A DNA stretch of 63,062 nt, the filler included, from Chiloscyllium plagiosum (lineage: Eukaryota), in the NCBI RefSeq assembly GCF_004010195.1. It is 4 parts of one record of this genome, joined end to end, with 100 filler letters (N's around TTAATTAATTAA, not from the genome) between each part and the next. Parts side by side here need not be neighbours in the genome. Positions count along the whole stretch, not along the records: positions 1 to 29,064 come from NC_057713.1; positions 29,165 to 44,062 come from NC_057713.1; 2 more parts are not named here. The stretch is one strand, 5' to 3'. Position 1 is the first letter of the stretch, and every line of letters starts with the position of its first letter. Shown here in pieces: positions 23,945 to 37,004 of this stretch. The position numbers and the translations under genes were made by a program. The notes under the pieces were generated by a model. That model was not told the DNA's origin. It saw nothing but the letters and a program-made list of their open reading frames with translations, and made no database searches.

Positions 23945-25210
23945 AGACTGAGACTGCCAGAGCCTGAAGGGCTTGGATGAGGAGGAATTTGTTAAGCATG
24001 TTGAAGAAAATTTTCTCAATTGGTATGTTGATTGCCATACTAGAGAAGGGACAAAACCTGACCTCCTCTTGTGAAATAAGGCAGGACAAGTGACTAAGGT
24101 GTCATTGGCGGAGCTCTTTGGGAGCCCACTTCTCTTAGTTTTAAAATAGTTATGGAAAAAGATAGACCTGGTCCAAATTGGGATCTAAACTGGGACAAAG
24201 ACAATTTGGATGGTATTGGACCAAAATTGATTGGGAAAGGCTATAAACAGTCGAAGGGACTTCTGTCGCTTGGGAGGCTTTCAAAAGCGAGAGAACAAGA
24301 GTTCAGGACCAGCATGTTTCTGTTAGTGTGAAGCGCAAGGCTGGCAGTAATATGAATGATTAGAGATATTGAGGCTCTATTCAAGAAGAATATGGAAGCA
24401 TTTGTCAGGTATAGACGGCTGGGATCAATTGAATCCCTTGAGGAGTATAGTGGGTGTAGGAATATACTTAAGAAGGAAATCAGAGAAAAATCAGGAGTCA
24501 TGAGATAGTTGTAGCAAGTAGGGAAAAGGACAATCCAAAGAGATTCTACAAGTACATTATGGGCAAAAGAGAAACAAGGGAGACAATAGAGCCTCTTAAA
24601 GGTTAACAAGGTCTTCTATGTATGGACCACAGGAGACACGTGAAATCATAAAAGAACATTTTTGCATCAATATTTATGAGTGGTGAGGACTTGGAAACTA
24701 GGGAACTTGGGGAAATAAATAGTGATGTCTAAAGAAGAGTCCACATTACAAAAGAGGCGATAATGGAGATCTTAAAATTCAAAAAGGTAGATGAATCCCC
24801 AGGACCTGATCAAGTGTATCCCAGGACATTGTGGGGAGCTGGTGAAGAAATAGCAGAGATATTTGTATCATCAACAGCTATGGATGAAGTGCCAGAACAC
24901 TGGACAGTGGCTAATGTAGTGTCATTATTTAAGAAAGGCTGCAAGTAAAGCCAGGGAATGTCAGACCGTCATTAGTGGGTAAGTTGTTAGAGGGGATTCT
25001 GTGACACAGAATTTACATGCATTTGGAAAGGCAAAGTCTGATTAGGGATAGTCAGCATGGCTTTGTGCATGGGAAATTGTGGGTCTCTCAAATTTGATTG
25101 AGATTTTTGAAGAGAGGGCCAAGAAGGTAGGTGAAGGCAGAGGGGTAGATGGTGTCTACATGGACTTTAGTAAGGCTTCTCATAAGGTTCCACATGGTAG
25201 ATTGGCTATA
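23945..25210 (+). mobile_element. Degenerate CR1 ORF2 middle fragment
   Basis: SPGPDQVYPRTL, ANVVSLFKKG, SQHGFV, MDFSKA motifs. Confidence 0.85.
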
Positions 25211-26339
25211 TAGAAACATAGAAAATAGGCGCAGGAGTAGGCCATTTGGGCCTTTAACCCTGCCACACTATTCAATACAATCATAGTGGATCATGCAATT
25301 TCAGTATCCCACCCCCGCTTTCTCCCCACAACATTGTCCACATGATACTTTCTGAGCTAGGAACAGAAGCAAAGACTGATTCAAGAGAAGCAGTAAGAAC
25401 TAATGAAGAAGTCAGATTTCAACATTTTATACACATTTAGCAACAACAGCAGTCAAGGTTTACTGAATAGCTTGTCCTCTTTCTCAGTGTAATGGCATGT
25501 GCTATATTGAGAATGGGAGTGAGTAGCCTAACATATCAGTTAGTCACCATGTGAGCCATATAATAAATAAATCCATTTTCATGATATGTTTCATAGCCTT
25601 GCCTAAGCCATCAGGAAAGCACAAAGCTCAACCTACATGTTTCCTGACTGGAAGAAATGAGAAAGTGGAGGCAGTCACCCTGACTGTTAATGCTTTCAGA
25701 CCTTTCATTGCAAATTAAGACAAAACAGAAATAGTTCAAATAACACTTGGGAGAAGTTCTTTAGTCAACTTTCTTAACCTTAGTGAAATGGCACTGGGAT
25801 TTGAAATACAGATGGAAAGAGAAATATAATTTAAAATAGATTCTTCAAAAATGTAATTTGAAACTTTGTAGTATTTGTATCCAGAATAAAAAGAACCACT
25901 CATTTTGCAGTGAAATAGAAAGGAATGATTTCAACCTCAGTACTTTGCCCTAGCCAATGCACCCCAGTGATTAAAAAAAACGAAAGAACTGTGGATGCTG
26001 TAAATCAGAGACATAAACAGAAATTGCTGGAAAGCTCAGCAGGTCTGACAACATCTGTGAAGAGAAATCAGAGTTAATATTTCGGGTCCCGGTGACCCTT
26101 CTTCTGGCATCCTAGTGACTCCTCTTCTAGAGGCAGATGGCAAACCTTATCAGAAGAACTGATTTAAAGATAACAAAAACACCTCATTGGCTGAGAATGT
26201 GATAAAGGAACATTCTCATTAATCAAATTATAGGAATATTAATATCGCAAGAGTGAGTGAAACCTCAAAGTAAGTTAGATGTCTATCAGATAAAAGGGAT
26301 ATTCTGCTGTGGATATTATGATGGCTTTCTGTATTAAAC

Positions 26340-26790
26340 ACAGAACAATAGAACAGAACAGCACAGGTACAGGCCCTTTGGCCAACTATGGTTTTCTACC
26401 TTATCTATACCTCTCATAAGTTTTAATACTTCTATGTGGTTGCCTGTCAATAGCTGCTGCTATTGAAAAAAACAATCCAAGTTTGTCCAACCTCTCCAAT
26501 AGCTAACTGTGGCAACCAGGACTGCATGCACAATGCCAATTATGGCCTAACTATAGTTTTAAACAAATGCAACATGACTTGCCAATGTTTATACTAAATG
26601 CTATGATTTCTGTTGTCACTTTCAGGGAGCAATGGACTTGGATCCCAAGATTCCTCTCCACATCAAAGCTCCTAGGGGCCTTGCCATTGACTATACGCTT
26701 TCCTCTTGCATTTGACCTCTGAAAATGCATCATGTCATATTTGTCCAGATTAAGATCCACCTGTCATTTTTGTATCTGATTTTCCAACTG
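26340..26790 (-). mobile_element. Degenerate CR1 3' fragment
   Basis: LNLDKYDMMHF...RNLGIQVHCSLKV and CR1 tail. Confidence 0.75.
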
Positions 26791-26872
26791 GTCTGGAGTG
26801 GTTAAGAATGAAGGAGATGTTTGTAGCGATAGGAAGATAAAATAGTTTGATCAGATGGGCAGATGAGTGGTA

Positions 26873-27102
26873 GAGTCAAAACGTGTGGTCCTTGAAAAGC
26901 ACAGCTGGTCAGGTAGCATCTGAGGAGCAGGAGAGTCAACGTTTCAAGCAGAAGCTCTTCATCTGGAAACCCATTCGTGATGAAGAACTTACATTCAATA
27001 TGCCGATTCTTTGTCTTTTTGGATGCTGCCTGATCAGTCGTGCTTTTCCAGCACACACTTTTTGACTCTGATCTCCAGCATCTGCAGTCCTCACTTTCTC
27101 CT
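26873..27102. repeat. Fold-back PLE terminal-repeat derivative (family B) inserted in a CR1
   Basis: Arms agagtcaaaacgtgtg...gaaaagcac and gtgcttttccagcacactttttgactct; two inverted eroded hammerhead cores in the centre. Confidence 0.78.
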
Positions 27103-28220
27103 AGATGAGTGGTAGACACATTTAACCTTTATAAGTGTGAGATGATGCACTTTGGAAGAAGAAACAAGATGAGGAAGGGTACAATGAATGGCAGGGCACT
27201 GGGTATCTTAGAGGAACAGAGGGATTTTGGGGGAGTTATTTACAGATCCCTGAAGTCAGCAGAATGTGCAAATAGGATAGTTGAGAAAGCATAAGTGACT
27301 TTTGCTTTCATTAGTTGTGACTTAGAGTATAAGAGCAAGGAGGTAATGTTGGAGTTGCAGAATGTTGGTCAGACCACAACTGGAGTACTATGTGCGGTTC
27401 TGGTCACCTCACTACAGGAAAGATGAGATAGCACTAGAGGTGTACAGAGGAGATTCACCAGGATGTTGACTGGGATGGTGCAATTGAGCTATAAGGAGAG
27501 ACGAGATATGGGCGGCATGGTGGCACAGTGGTTAGCACTGCTGCCTCACAGCGCCTGAGACCCAGGTTCAATTCCCGCCTCAGGCGACTGACTGTGTGGA
27601 GTTTGCACGTTCTCCCCGTGTCTGCGTGGGTTTCCTCCGGGTGCTCCGGTTTCCTCCCACAGTCCAAAGATGTGCAGATTAGGTGAATTGGCCATGCTAA
27701 ATTGCCTGTAGTGTTAGGTAAGGGGTAAATGTAGGGGTATGAGTGGGTTGCGCTTCGGCGGCCCTGTTGGGCCGAAGGGCCTGTTTCCACACTGTAATGT
27801 AATGTAATCTAATCTAATCATATGTTTGGATTGTTTTCTTTAGAGAAGAGAAGACTGAGAGGGGACATGATTGAGATGCATAAGATTATGTAGGTTATGG
27901 ACAAGGTGCATAGTGAGGGCGTTTGCCCGAAACGTCGATTTTCCTGCTTCTCGGATGCTGCCTCACCTGCTGTGCTTTTCCAGCACCACACTCTTGACTC
28001 TAATCTCCACCGTCTGCAGCACTCATTTTCACCTGAATGGTGAGCAGCTGTTCCCCTTGATTGACGGATCAATCATGAGAGGGCATAGTTTTAGGATAAG
28101 GCGCAAGAGATTCAAAAGAGATAAAACCTTTTCACTATGTGGGTGGTAGGACTCTGAAATGCACTGCCTGGGAAGGTAATGGGAGCTGGAAACATTACAA
28201 TCTTTAAAAAATATTTGGAG
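27103..28220 (+). mobile_element. Old CR1 3' part hosting an HE1 (27510-27818) and a PLE fragment (about 27915-28030); its tail resumes at about 29960-30080
   Basis: FNLYKCEMMHFGR, LEYYVRFWSPHYRK; interrupted at aaaaatatttgga and continued by tgagtacctcaaa...gatatgggacaagtgc. Confidence 0.8.
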
Positions 28221-29064
28221 CAGCAGAGAGCAGCGCAAGCTGGGCGGAAGTGAAGTTGGAGCGCAGAGCTGGTTGGGAAGATAAGTGATTGATATTTGAG
28301 AACTTACTCGACGCCAACGGTCTTTTCACTGCAGAGAGCTGCGCGAGCTGGGCGGAAGTGAAGTTGGAGCGCAGAGCTGGTCAGGAAGATAAGTGATTGA
28401 TATTTGAGTGGGTGTGTTCTAGACCCCAGGCCCTACAAAGTAGGGCCTCCCTCCCATCCTCCTCCTCTAACCTAACTTTAAAGTCCACAGGTAAGCTACT
28501 CAGTGTTCTTGTTTTGGAGACGAAGTGTAGAGTAATGGCAGCGCAGGCAGTGGAATGTTCCTCCTGCGGGATGTTTGAGGTAGGGGTGACCACCGATACT
28601 CCTGCCGACTTCATCTGCAGGAAATGCAGTCAGCTCTTGCTCCTCACAGAACGTGTTAGGGAACTGGAACTGGAGTTGGATGAACTGAGGATTATTCGAG
28701 AAGCTGAGAGGGTGATAGATAGAAGCTACAGGGACATAGTTACGCCAGAGAACAGAGGTAGCTGGGTCACAGTTAGAGGTGGGAAGGGGAGGAAGCAGGC
28801 AGTGCAGAGATCCCCTGTGGTCGTTCCCCTCAACAATAAGTATACCGCTTTGGATACTGGTGGGGGGGACAGCCTAGCAGGGGTAAGCTCAGTGACCGGG
28901 TCTCTGGCACGAGGTCCGGCTCTGAGGCTCAGAAGGGAAAGGGGGAGAGGAGGAGAGCGCTAGTTATAGAAGACTCTTTAGTTAGAGGGATGGACAGGCG
29001 GTTCTGTGGACATGGGCGAGACTGTCGGTTGGTTTGTTGCCTCCCGGGTGCCAGGGTCCGAGAC
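28221..29064 (+). mobile_element. Young CR1 5' end: tandem-repeat 5' UTR and ORF1 (Cys zinc finger, leucine zipper, esterase start)
   Basis: ATG at 28535: MAAQAVECSSC...FICRKCSQLLLLTERVRELELELDEL; after a frameshift, ALVIEDSLVRG...VCCLPGARVRD. Confidence 0.9.
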
Positions 29065-29164
29065 NNNNNNNNNNNNNNNNNNNNNNNNNNNNNNNNNNNN
29101 NNNNNNNNTTAATTAATTAANNNNNNNNNNNNNNNNNNNNNNNNNNNNNNNNNNNNNNNNNNNN
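29065..29164. other. Artificial 100-nt contig spacer
   Basis: N44-TTAATTAATTAA-N44 (stop codons in all six frames). Confidence 0.97.
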
Positions 29165-29960
29165 AGTGGGGAGGGCTGTTGTCGGCTGCAGAGGGACTTA
29201 GGTATGATGCAGAGCTGGGCTGAGGAGTGGCAGATGGAGTTCAACCCTGCCAAGTGTGAGGTTGTCCATTTTGGAAGGACAAATAAGAATGTGGAATACA
29301 GGGTTAATGGTAGGGTTCTTAGTCAGGTGGAGGAACAGAGGGATCTTGGGGTCTATGTACATAGATCTTTGAAGGTTGCCACTCAGGTGGATAGAGTTTG
29401 TAAGAAGGCCTATGGAGTATTATCGTTCATTAGCAGAGGGATTGAATTCAAGAGTCGTGAAGTGATGTTGCAGCTGTACAGGACTTTGGTTAGGCCACAG
29501 TTGGAGTACTGTGTGCAGTTCTGGTCGCCTCACTTTCGGAAAGATGTGGAAGCTTTGGAGAGGGTTCAGAGAAGATTTACCAGGATGTTGCCTGGAATGG
29601 AGAGGAAGTCGTACGAGGATAGGTTGAGAGTTCTCGGCCTTTTCTCGTTGGAACGGCGAAGGATGAGGGGTGACTTGATAGAGGTTTATAAGATGATCAG
29701 AGGAATAGATAGAGTAGACAGTCAGACTTTTTCCCCAGGTACAACAGACTGTTACAAGGGGGCATAAATTTAAGGTAAAGGGTGGAAGGTATAGGGGAGA
29801 TGTCAAGGGTGGGTTCTTTACCCAGAGAGTGGTGGGGGCATGGAATGCGCTGCCTGTGGGAGTGGCAGAGTCAGAATCATTGGCGACTTTTAAGCGGCAA
29901 TTGGATAGGTACATGGATGGGTGCTTAAGCTAGGACAAACGTATTGTTCTATGTTCTATG
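29165..29960 (+). mobile_element. Young CR1 ORF2 3' end
   Basis: ORF 29204-29767 WQMEFNPAKC...FTRMLPG; CR1 tail. Confidence 0.93.
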
Positions 29961-30079
29961 AGTACCTCAAATATGATATTCAAAGATATGGGACAAGTGC
30001 GGGAAATGTTTACTGATAGTTATGTCAGTGCAGACTCAATGAGCTGAAGGGTCTTTTCTGCACTGTATGAATCTATGAT

Positions 30080-30391
30080 TAGATTACCCACAGTGTGGAA
30101 ACAGGCCCTTCGGCTCAATCAGTCCACACTGACCCTCCGTAGAGTAACCCACCCAGACCCATTATTTCCCTCTGACTAATGCACCTAACACTATGGGCAA
30201 TTTAGCATGGCCAATTCACCTGAACTGCACATGTTTGGACTGTGGGCAGAAACCGAAGCACCCGGAGAAAACCCACGCAGACATGTGGAGAATGTGCAAA
30301 CTCCGCACAGATAGTTGCCTGAGGTGGGAATCGAACCTGGGACTCTGGTGCTGTGAGGCAACAGTGCTAACCAGGGAGCCACCATGCCGCC
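30080..30391 (-). mobile_element. HE1 SINE
   Basis: Full head, core and tail in reverse complement. Confidence 0.9.
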
Positions 30392-31300
30392 CCAATGGTC
30401 TACATGCTGCAGTATCCTTTGATAACACTCCTTACTATTCACAACTCCATCAATTTTCATGTCATCTGAAAACCTACTAATGAGACTACCTACATTTTCA
30501 ACCAGACCATTTACTTAGAAGCAACAAAGATCCCAGCTCTGAACCTTGCACAGACGTCCTATCAGAAAAAAAACCCACCTCTCTACTACCGCCCTCTGGA
30601 TCCTGTGACCAAGCCAATTTTATATCCAATTTGCCAACTTACTATGAATGCTCTGTGACTTCATCTTCCGGACCAGCCTACCATGAGGAATTTTGTCAAA
30701 TGTTTTAGTGAAGTCCATGTAGACAACATCCATTACCCTACCCAATCAATCATCTTCATCACTTCCTCAAAACGCTCAATCAAGTTTGTGAGACAAGAAC
30801 TCTCCTGCATAAAGTCTTGCTGACTATCTATAATATGTTTTTTCTTTTCCAGTTAGAGTAGATCTTATCCTAAGAACCATCTCCAATAATATTCCTTTCA
30901 CTGATGTTAGACTCACTGGCCTATAATTTCCTGGATTATCCCTGTCAGTCTTAAACAAAGGAACAACTTGGTTATTCTCCAATCTTCTGGGACCTCATCT
31001 GTGACTGTCAAGGATATTTTTCAAGACCCCAGCAATCTTCTCTCTTGCCTCCTTTCAGTATCGTAGGATAGATCCCATCAGACCCTGGGAACTTAATGTT
31101 TTTCAAGACACTCAACATCTCCTCCTCCTTAATATAGACATGCCCCTAAAATATCAACATACCCATCCCTAATATTACTATCGTTCATATCTACTTCGCT
31201 ATCCTCTTGCTTCTAATATATGTACAAAGTCCCAAGGGTTTCTCCTTATTTCTACTTGCCAAGGACATTTCATTGCGCTATAGCCCTCTTAAATTCCTGT
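30392..31300 (-). mobile_element. Old CR1 ORF2 fragment
   Basis: Antisense of the VYMDF, SCLTNLIE and GPDGIYP segments. Confidence 0.75.
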
Positions 31301-31342
31301 TTCTTTTCTGTTTGTTTTTTAAAAATTATATACTGCTTTTAG

Positions 31343-31535
31343 AGGGCGGCTTTAGTTAACGCAGCTGGTGTCCAATACAGAGTGATGAAAACAGCTTTGG
31401 TTCAATACCCACATCAGCCTTGGTTACTGTGTCCTTATCAACTGCTCCCCTCACCTAAGGAATGGTGACCCTCAGGTTAAACTACCACCAGTATCTGATG
31501 AGTCTCCTCTGGGATTATACTGACTTTCCTTTTAT
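31343..31535 (+). mobile_element. tRNA-headed SINE, family 3
   Basis: B-box ggttcaatacc and ggtgaccctcaggttaaactaccaccag; reverse-strand homologue at 51085-51310. Confidence 0.65.
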
Positions 31536-32164
31536 TACTTTTAGTGTTACAGTCATCCAGAGTTGAAGGGCAAATAAAAACAATTAGATTTATGACTGTT
31601 TTTCACAAGTATACATGGATCAGCTGACTGATAGTTTATGAACGTCACCTTTAGGGCTGACCTACAAGATCAATTTTGACCTAGTTACTTTATTGGTTTG
31701 GTCTATTTTCCAAAGAATTTTGATCCAACCAATTGGACATGGAGGGAATCAGGAATTTTCAAAGATTCAAATTCATAAATGGCTGGTTTGGGGATGTACA
31801 GTAAGTAATGTGTAACTTAATTATAAGCTGGGTCCTATAGTTCCATCAATTTTACTGGTAGAATTATACCTTTGAGTACCAGAAAATGTAAGAATTATAT
31901 CTCTACACAGTCTTGTCAGCACTCCTATCAAAGTTCAGAGTCACATTTGAGAAGCTGGAGATCAAATTCCTTACCATCAATTCCAGTTCATTCAGAATGG
32001 TGACTAATTATAAATCTAGCACTCCCTACCCAGACACGCCACCTGAACGAACTCATCCATCCCTCCCTCACATTTCAAAGTATTGGTTTCAATAACATGC
32101 AGAACATGTTTTCATATAGTACAAATGAAACAAAACCTGCCTGAAAGAATGATATTGATAATAT

Positions 32165-32810
32165 CTAGGGTGTAGGTTTGCTCGCTGAGCTGTAGGTTTG
32201 ATATCCAGACATTTCATTACCTGGCTAGGTAACATCATCAGTGGCGACCTCCAAGTGAAGCGAAGCTATTGTGTCCTGCTTTCTATTTATATCTTTCTCC
32301 TGGATGGGGTTCCTGGGGTTTGTGGTGATGCCATTTCCTGTTCGTTTTCTGAGGGGTTGATAGATGGTATCTAGATCTATGTGTTTGTTTATGGCGTTGT
32401 GGTTGGAGTGCCAGGCCTCTAAGAATTCTCTGGCATGTCTTTGCTTAGCCTGTCCCAGGATAGATGTGTTGTCCCAGTCGAAATGGTGGTTTTTTTTCAT
32501 CCGTGTGTAGGGTTATGAGGGAGAGAGGGTCGTGTCTTTTTGTGGCTAGCTGCTTGTCGTGGTTTGTTCTTGAGGAGTCTGCGGACTGTATTTTTTGAGT
32601 ATTCTTGAATACGTTGTACAGGTGGTTCTCCTCTGTTTTCCAAAGTTTGACTGTGCTGCAGTGTGTGGTGGCTCGTTGGAATAGTGTTCTAAAACAGCTT
32701 CGTTTGTGTATGTTGGGATGGTTGCTGGTGTAGTTAAGTATTTGGTCAGTGTGTGTCGGTTTTCTGTGTACGCAGGTTTGTAGTTCTCCGTTGTCCTTTT
32801 ATATCCCATT
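32165..32810 (-). mobile_element. Penelope/Poseidon-type PLE fragment (RT C-terminus, endonuclease C-terminus, terminal repeat)
   Basis: HHFDWDNTSILGQAKQRHAREFLEAWHSNHNAINKHIDL; upstream VYRKPTHTDQILNY-like frame; hammerhead downstream. Confidence 0.85.
32205..32244 (-). ncRNA. Minimal hammerhead motif, family C variant, 3' of a PLE GIY-YIG remnant
   Basis: Minus strand CCA-CUGAUGA-U-GUUACCU(AGCC)AGGUAAU-GAAAU-GUC-UGG; two apparent CpG-decay changes. Confidence 0.72.
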
Positions 32811-33277
32811 CAGTGGAGTGTAGGAATCTGTTGATACAGCATCAAGTCAAGTGCAAATCTGTTAAAACTTAAAAGGTCAAACCAAGCACAACCCCACCTC
32901 CCCACTATTCGATATTTACAAGTACATACATGTAAGTGTGACAGTAATGGTGGCACTTCTGCTATGTGGTGGTGATGTACCTTATAAAACCTGAATAGGG
33001 TATTCTCTACTATCATTTGCTATTACTTGGGGCAGTTGTACTTCTTACGTCTACAAAGTACAGGGTGGATGTGACAAATGTTAATGTACTGAGCCACACA
33101 AATGTTTGAGACAAAACATTTTCCTCATGTAAAAGCATGTGTGTGTTGTTATTCAAACACAGATCATGCAAGTTAGTGATTGGGCAATTGACTGGTGGAG
33201 TCTCAATACTGTCAGTGGTTTCACTTTCAAGTAACATTTTCAATTGTATTTTTTTCACTTAAAGCAATTAAGTTGTA

Positions 33278-33472
33278 CTGGTCTGGCAGCATCTGTGGAG
33301 AGAATGCAAAGTAGATATTTCAAGTCCAGTGATCCTTCTTCAGAAACTTATGAATTCTGGACTAAAAACAGTATCTCTGCTTTCTCTCCACAAATGCTGC
33401 CAGTCCTGCTGGGTTTCTCCAGCAATTTCTGCTTTTGTTTCAGATGTCCAGCAACTACAGTTCTTTGCTTTA
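33278..33472. repeat. Fold-back PLE terminal-repeat derivative
   Basis: Arms ctggcagcatctgtggagag and ctctccacaaatgctgccag. Confidence 0.7.
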
Positions 33473-34784
33473 TGTAACCAAACTATGTTGTTCTTTGCTC
33501 AGCAAAAGTGATAAATAATTGACCTGCTCTCAAGGTATTCAGACTTGGTGACCCAAATTGCTAGAATGCTCCATTTGGCAATATATGCTACTTTGTGAAT
33601 ATTTTAGACCTCTGCTAATGACCTCAGACGATGGAGAAAACTGACTAAACCTCTGATTTCCATTTTGAGTTTGGTAGGGAGGTAGGCTTCCTGTCCAAGT
33701 TCAAGCTAGTGTAGATGGGAATGTAGGCAGGTTGGAGATGGTGAGAGATCGATTTTGACGTCCCACATCATTCATCTCTGAGGCTGCTTGTTGGTTCAAT
33801 GCAGAAATCTGCAGTTGCTGCCAACAGCTTCCTTTGCAGGGAGCTGGAGGCCTTGCATCTTTGGAGCTGAAGGCTGGAACCTGGGGACAGGGAAGGGGTG
33901 TTGCTCACGGTCTGGCTCCCAGGGGATCTGGAAGCCAGCCCCAAGGGAGGCTGGGTGCCTTGTAGTCAGCGGTACAGGAGGCATGGCCCCCTAGGCAAGC
34001 TGGAGGCTAATACCCACGATGGCTGGAGGCATGGCTGGAGGGTGACAAGGGCACAGAATGTACTTTAGATAGAGAAATTCAAATTCATCATTAAGAAAGC
34101 TTCGAGGGCAGAAACATAGGAACAAAGCCATTTGCAAGTTCCCTTTGAAGTCACTCACCACCCTGGCTTGGAAATGCATTGCCCTGGTGCTTCATTGTCA
34201 CTGGGTCAAAATCCTGCAGCTCCCATTTTACAGCATTGAGGGTCTACATGCAGCACATGGACAACAATTGTTTAAACAGGCAGTCCAAACTTTCTTGCAG
34301 TGGACAGTAAATGTTGGCCTAGTCAGTGACACCAACATCCCATGAAACAATAAGAATAAACTCATTCTATTATTTCTAGGAACTTTAACAAATGAATAAT
34401 GACAATAATTTGGCTTGGATCGGCGCAACATCGAGGGCCGAAGGGCCTGTACTGCGCTGTATTCTATCTATCTATAAATAATTTGCCATGATGTTGGTGA
34501 ATGTTCACAGGGATTTCAGGCTAAGTTTTATTAGCACAGATGCAGTAATTAAGCAAAATGAAGAGGGTTGAAGGGCTAAATTGAACAGAACCAGAAAGTG
34601 AATAGGAGATCTTGATGCAAGTTTAATTTGTGTTGATTGCTTTAATGCAGTTAGCACACTAACTTCATGGTGAGTGCTCATCCTCATGATTCTGGGCAGC
34701 ATAGTAGCTGAGCGATTAGTACTGCTGCCTTTACAGCACCAGGGACCTGGGTTTGATTCCACCATCTGGTGACTTTCTGTATAG

Positions 34785-36900
34785 AAAAAAGAACAAAGAA
34801 AATTATAGCACAGGAACAGGCCCTTTGGCCCTCCAAGCCTGCACTGATCCAGATCCTCCATCTAAAACTGTCGCCCATTTTCTTAGGGTCTGTATCCCTC
34901 TGCCTCCTGCCCATTCATATATCTGTCTAGATACAACTTATATGATGCTATCATGTCCGCCTCTACCACCTCCGCTAGCAACGTGTTCCAGGCACCCACC
35001 ACCCTCTGTGTAAAGAACTTTCCACACATATCTCCCTTAAATTTTTCACCCTCTTACTTTGAACCCTAGTAATTGAGTCACCCTCTCTATGAAAAAGCTT
35101 CTTGCTAACCACCCTGTCTATACCTCTTATGATTTTGTTGAAGCAATCAGGTCCACCCCCTCAACCTCCATCTTTCTAATGAAAATAATCCTAATCTACT
35201 CAACCTCTCTTCATAGCTAGCGTGCTCCATACCAGGCAACATCCTGGTGAACATCCTCTGCACCGTCTCCAAAATATCCACATCCTTTTGATAATGTGGC
35301 AACCAGAACTGTATGCAGTATTCCAAATGTGGCTGAACCAAAGTCCTATACAACTGTAACATAATCTGCCAACTCTTGTACTCAATACCATGTCTGATAA
35401 AGAAAAGCATGCTGTATGCCTTCTTGATCACTCTATTGACCTGCATTGTCACCTTCAGGGTCCAATGGACCTGAACACCCAGACCTCTTTGCAAATCAAT
35501 TTTCCCCAGGACTTTTCCATTTATGCTCTTGAATTGGATCTTCCAAAATACATCACCTCACATTTGCCCAGATTGAACTCCATCTGCCATTTCTCTGCAC
35601 AACTCTCCAATCTGTCTATATTCTGCTGTATTCTCTGACAGTCCCCTTCACTATTTGCTACTCCACCAATCTTAGTGTCATCTGCAAACTTGCTAATCAA
35701 CCACCAATACTTTCCTCCAGATCATTTATGTATATCACAAACAACAGTAGTCCCAGCACGGATCCCTGAGGAACACCACTAGTCACAGTTCTCCATTTTG
35801 AGAACTCTCTACCACTATTACTGTAGTCTCCTGTTGCTCAGTCAATTCTTTATCCATCTAGCTAGTACACCATGCAACTTCACTTTCTCCATCAGCCTAC
35901 AATGGGGAACCTTATCAAATGCTTTCTGAAGTTCTGACATCTACAGCCCTCCTTCATCAATCAACTTTGTCACTTCCTCAAAGAATTTTATTCAGACGGT
36001 AAGACATGACCTTCCCTGCATAAAACCATGTTACCTATCACTGATAAGCCCATTTTCTTCCAAATGAGAATAGATCCTATCCCTCACTATCTTCTCCAGC
36101 AGTTTCCCTACCACTGATGTCAGACTCACTGGTCTATAATTACGTGGATTATCCCTGCTACCCTTTTTGAACAAGGGGACAACATTAGCAATTCTCCAGT
36201 TGTCCTGAACCTCACCCATGTTCAAGGTTGCTACAGTTAAGACTCCAGCTATTTCCTCTCTTGCTTCCCTCAGTAACCTGGTATACATCCCATCCAGACC
36301 TAGGGACCGGTCCACCTTAATGCCTTTTATAATATGCAACACTTCCTCCCTCCTTATGCTGTCTTGCCCTGGAGTAATCAAACATCTATCCCTAACCTCA
36401 ACATCTGTCATGTCCCTCTCCTCAATGAATACCAATGCAAAGTACTCGTTAAGAATCTCACCCATTCTCTCTGACTCCACGCATAACTTTGCTCCTTTGT
36501 CCTTGAGTGAGCCTAACCTTTCTCTAGTTATCCTCTTGCTCCTTTTATATGAATAAAATCCTTTGGGATTTTTCTGAACCCTGTTTGGTAAAGATTTTTC
36601 ATGACCCCTTTTAGCTCTCTTAATTTCTCATTTCAGATTGGTCCAACATTCCCGATATTCTTACAAAGCTTTGTCTGTTTTCAGTTGCCTAGACCTTATG
36701 AATGCTTCCTTTTTCCTTTTAGCTCATCTCACAATTTCACCTGTCATTCATGGTTCCCTAATCTTGCGATTTCTATCCCTTATTTTCACAGGAACAAGAC
36801 TCTCCTGCACACTAATCAACCTCTCTTTAAAAGCCTCCTACATATCAAATGTGAATTTACCTTCAAACTGCCGCTCCCAAACTACATTCCCCAGCTCCTG
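34785..36900 (-). mobile_element. CR1 LINE ORF2 (5'-truncated)
   Basis: ORF 36031-36480 (NYRPVSLTSVVGKLLE), ORF 35147-35494. Confidence 0.92.
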
Positions 36901-37004
36901 CCAGGGAGCTTGCACATGCTTTCCATGTTTACTTGGATATCCTCAAGGTGCTCTGTTTTGCTCTCACAGTCAAAAGATGTGCAGGTTAAGTGGATTCACC
37001 ATTC

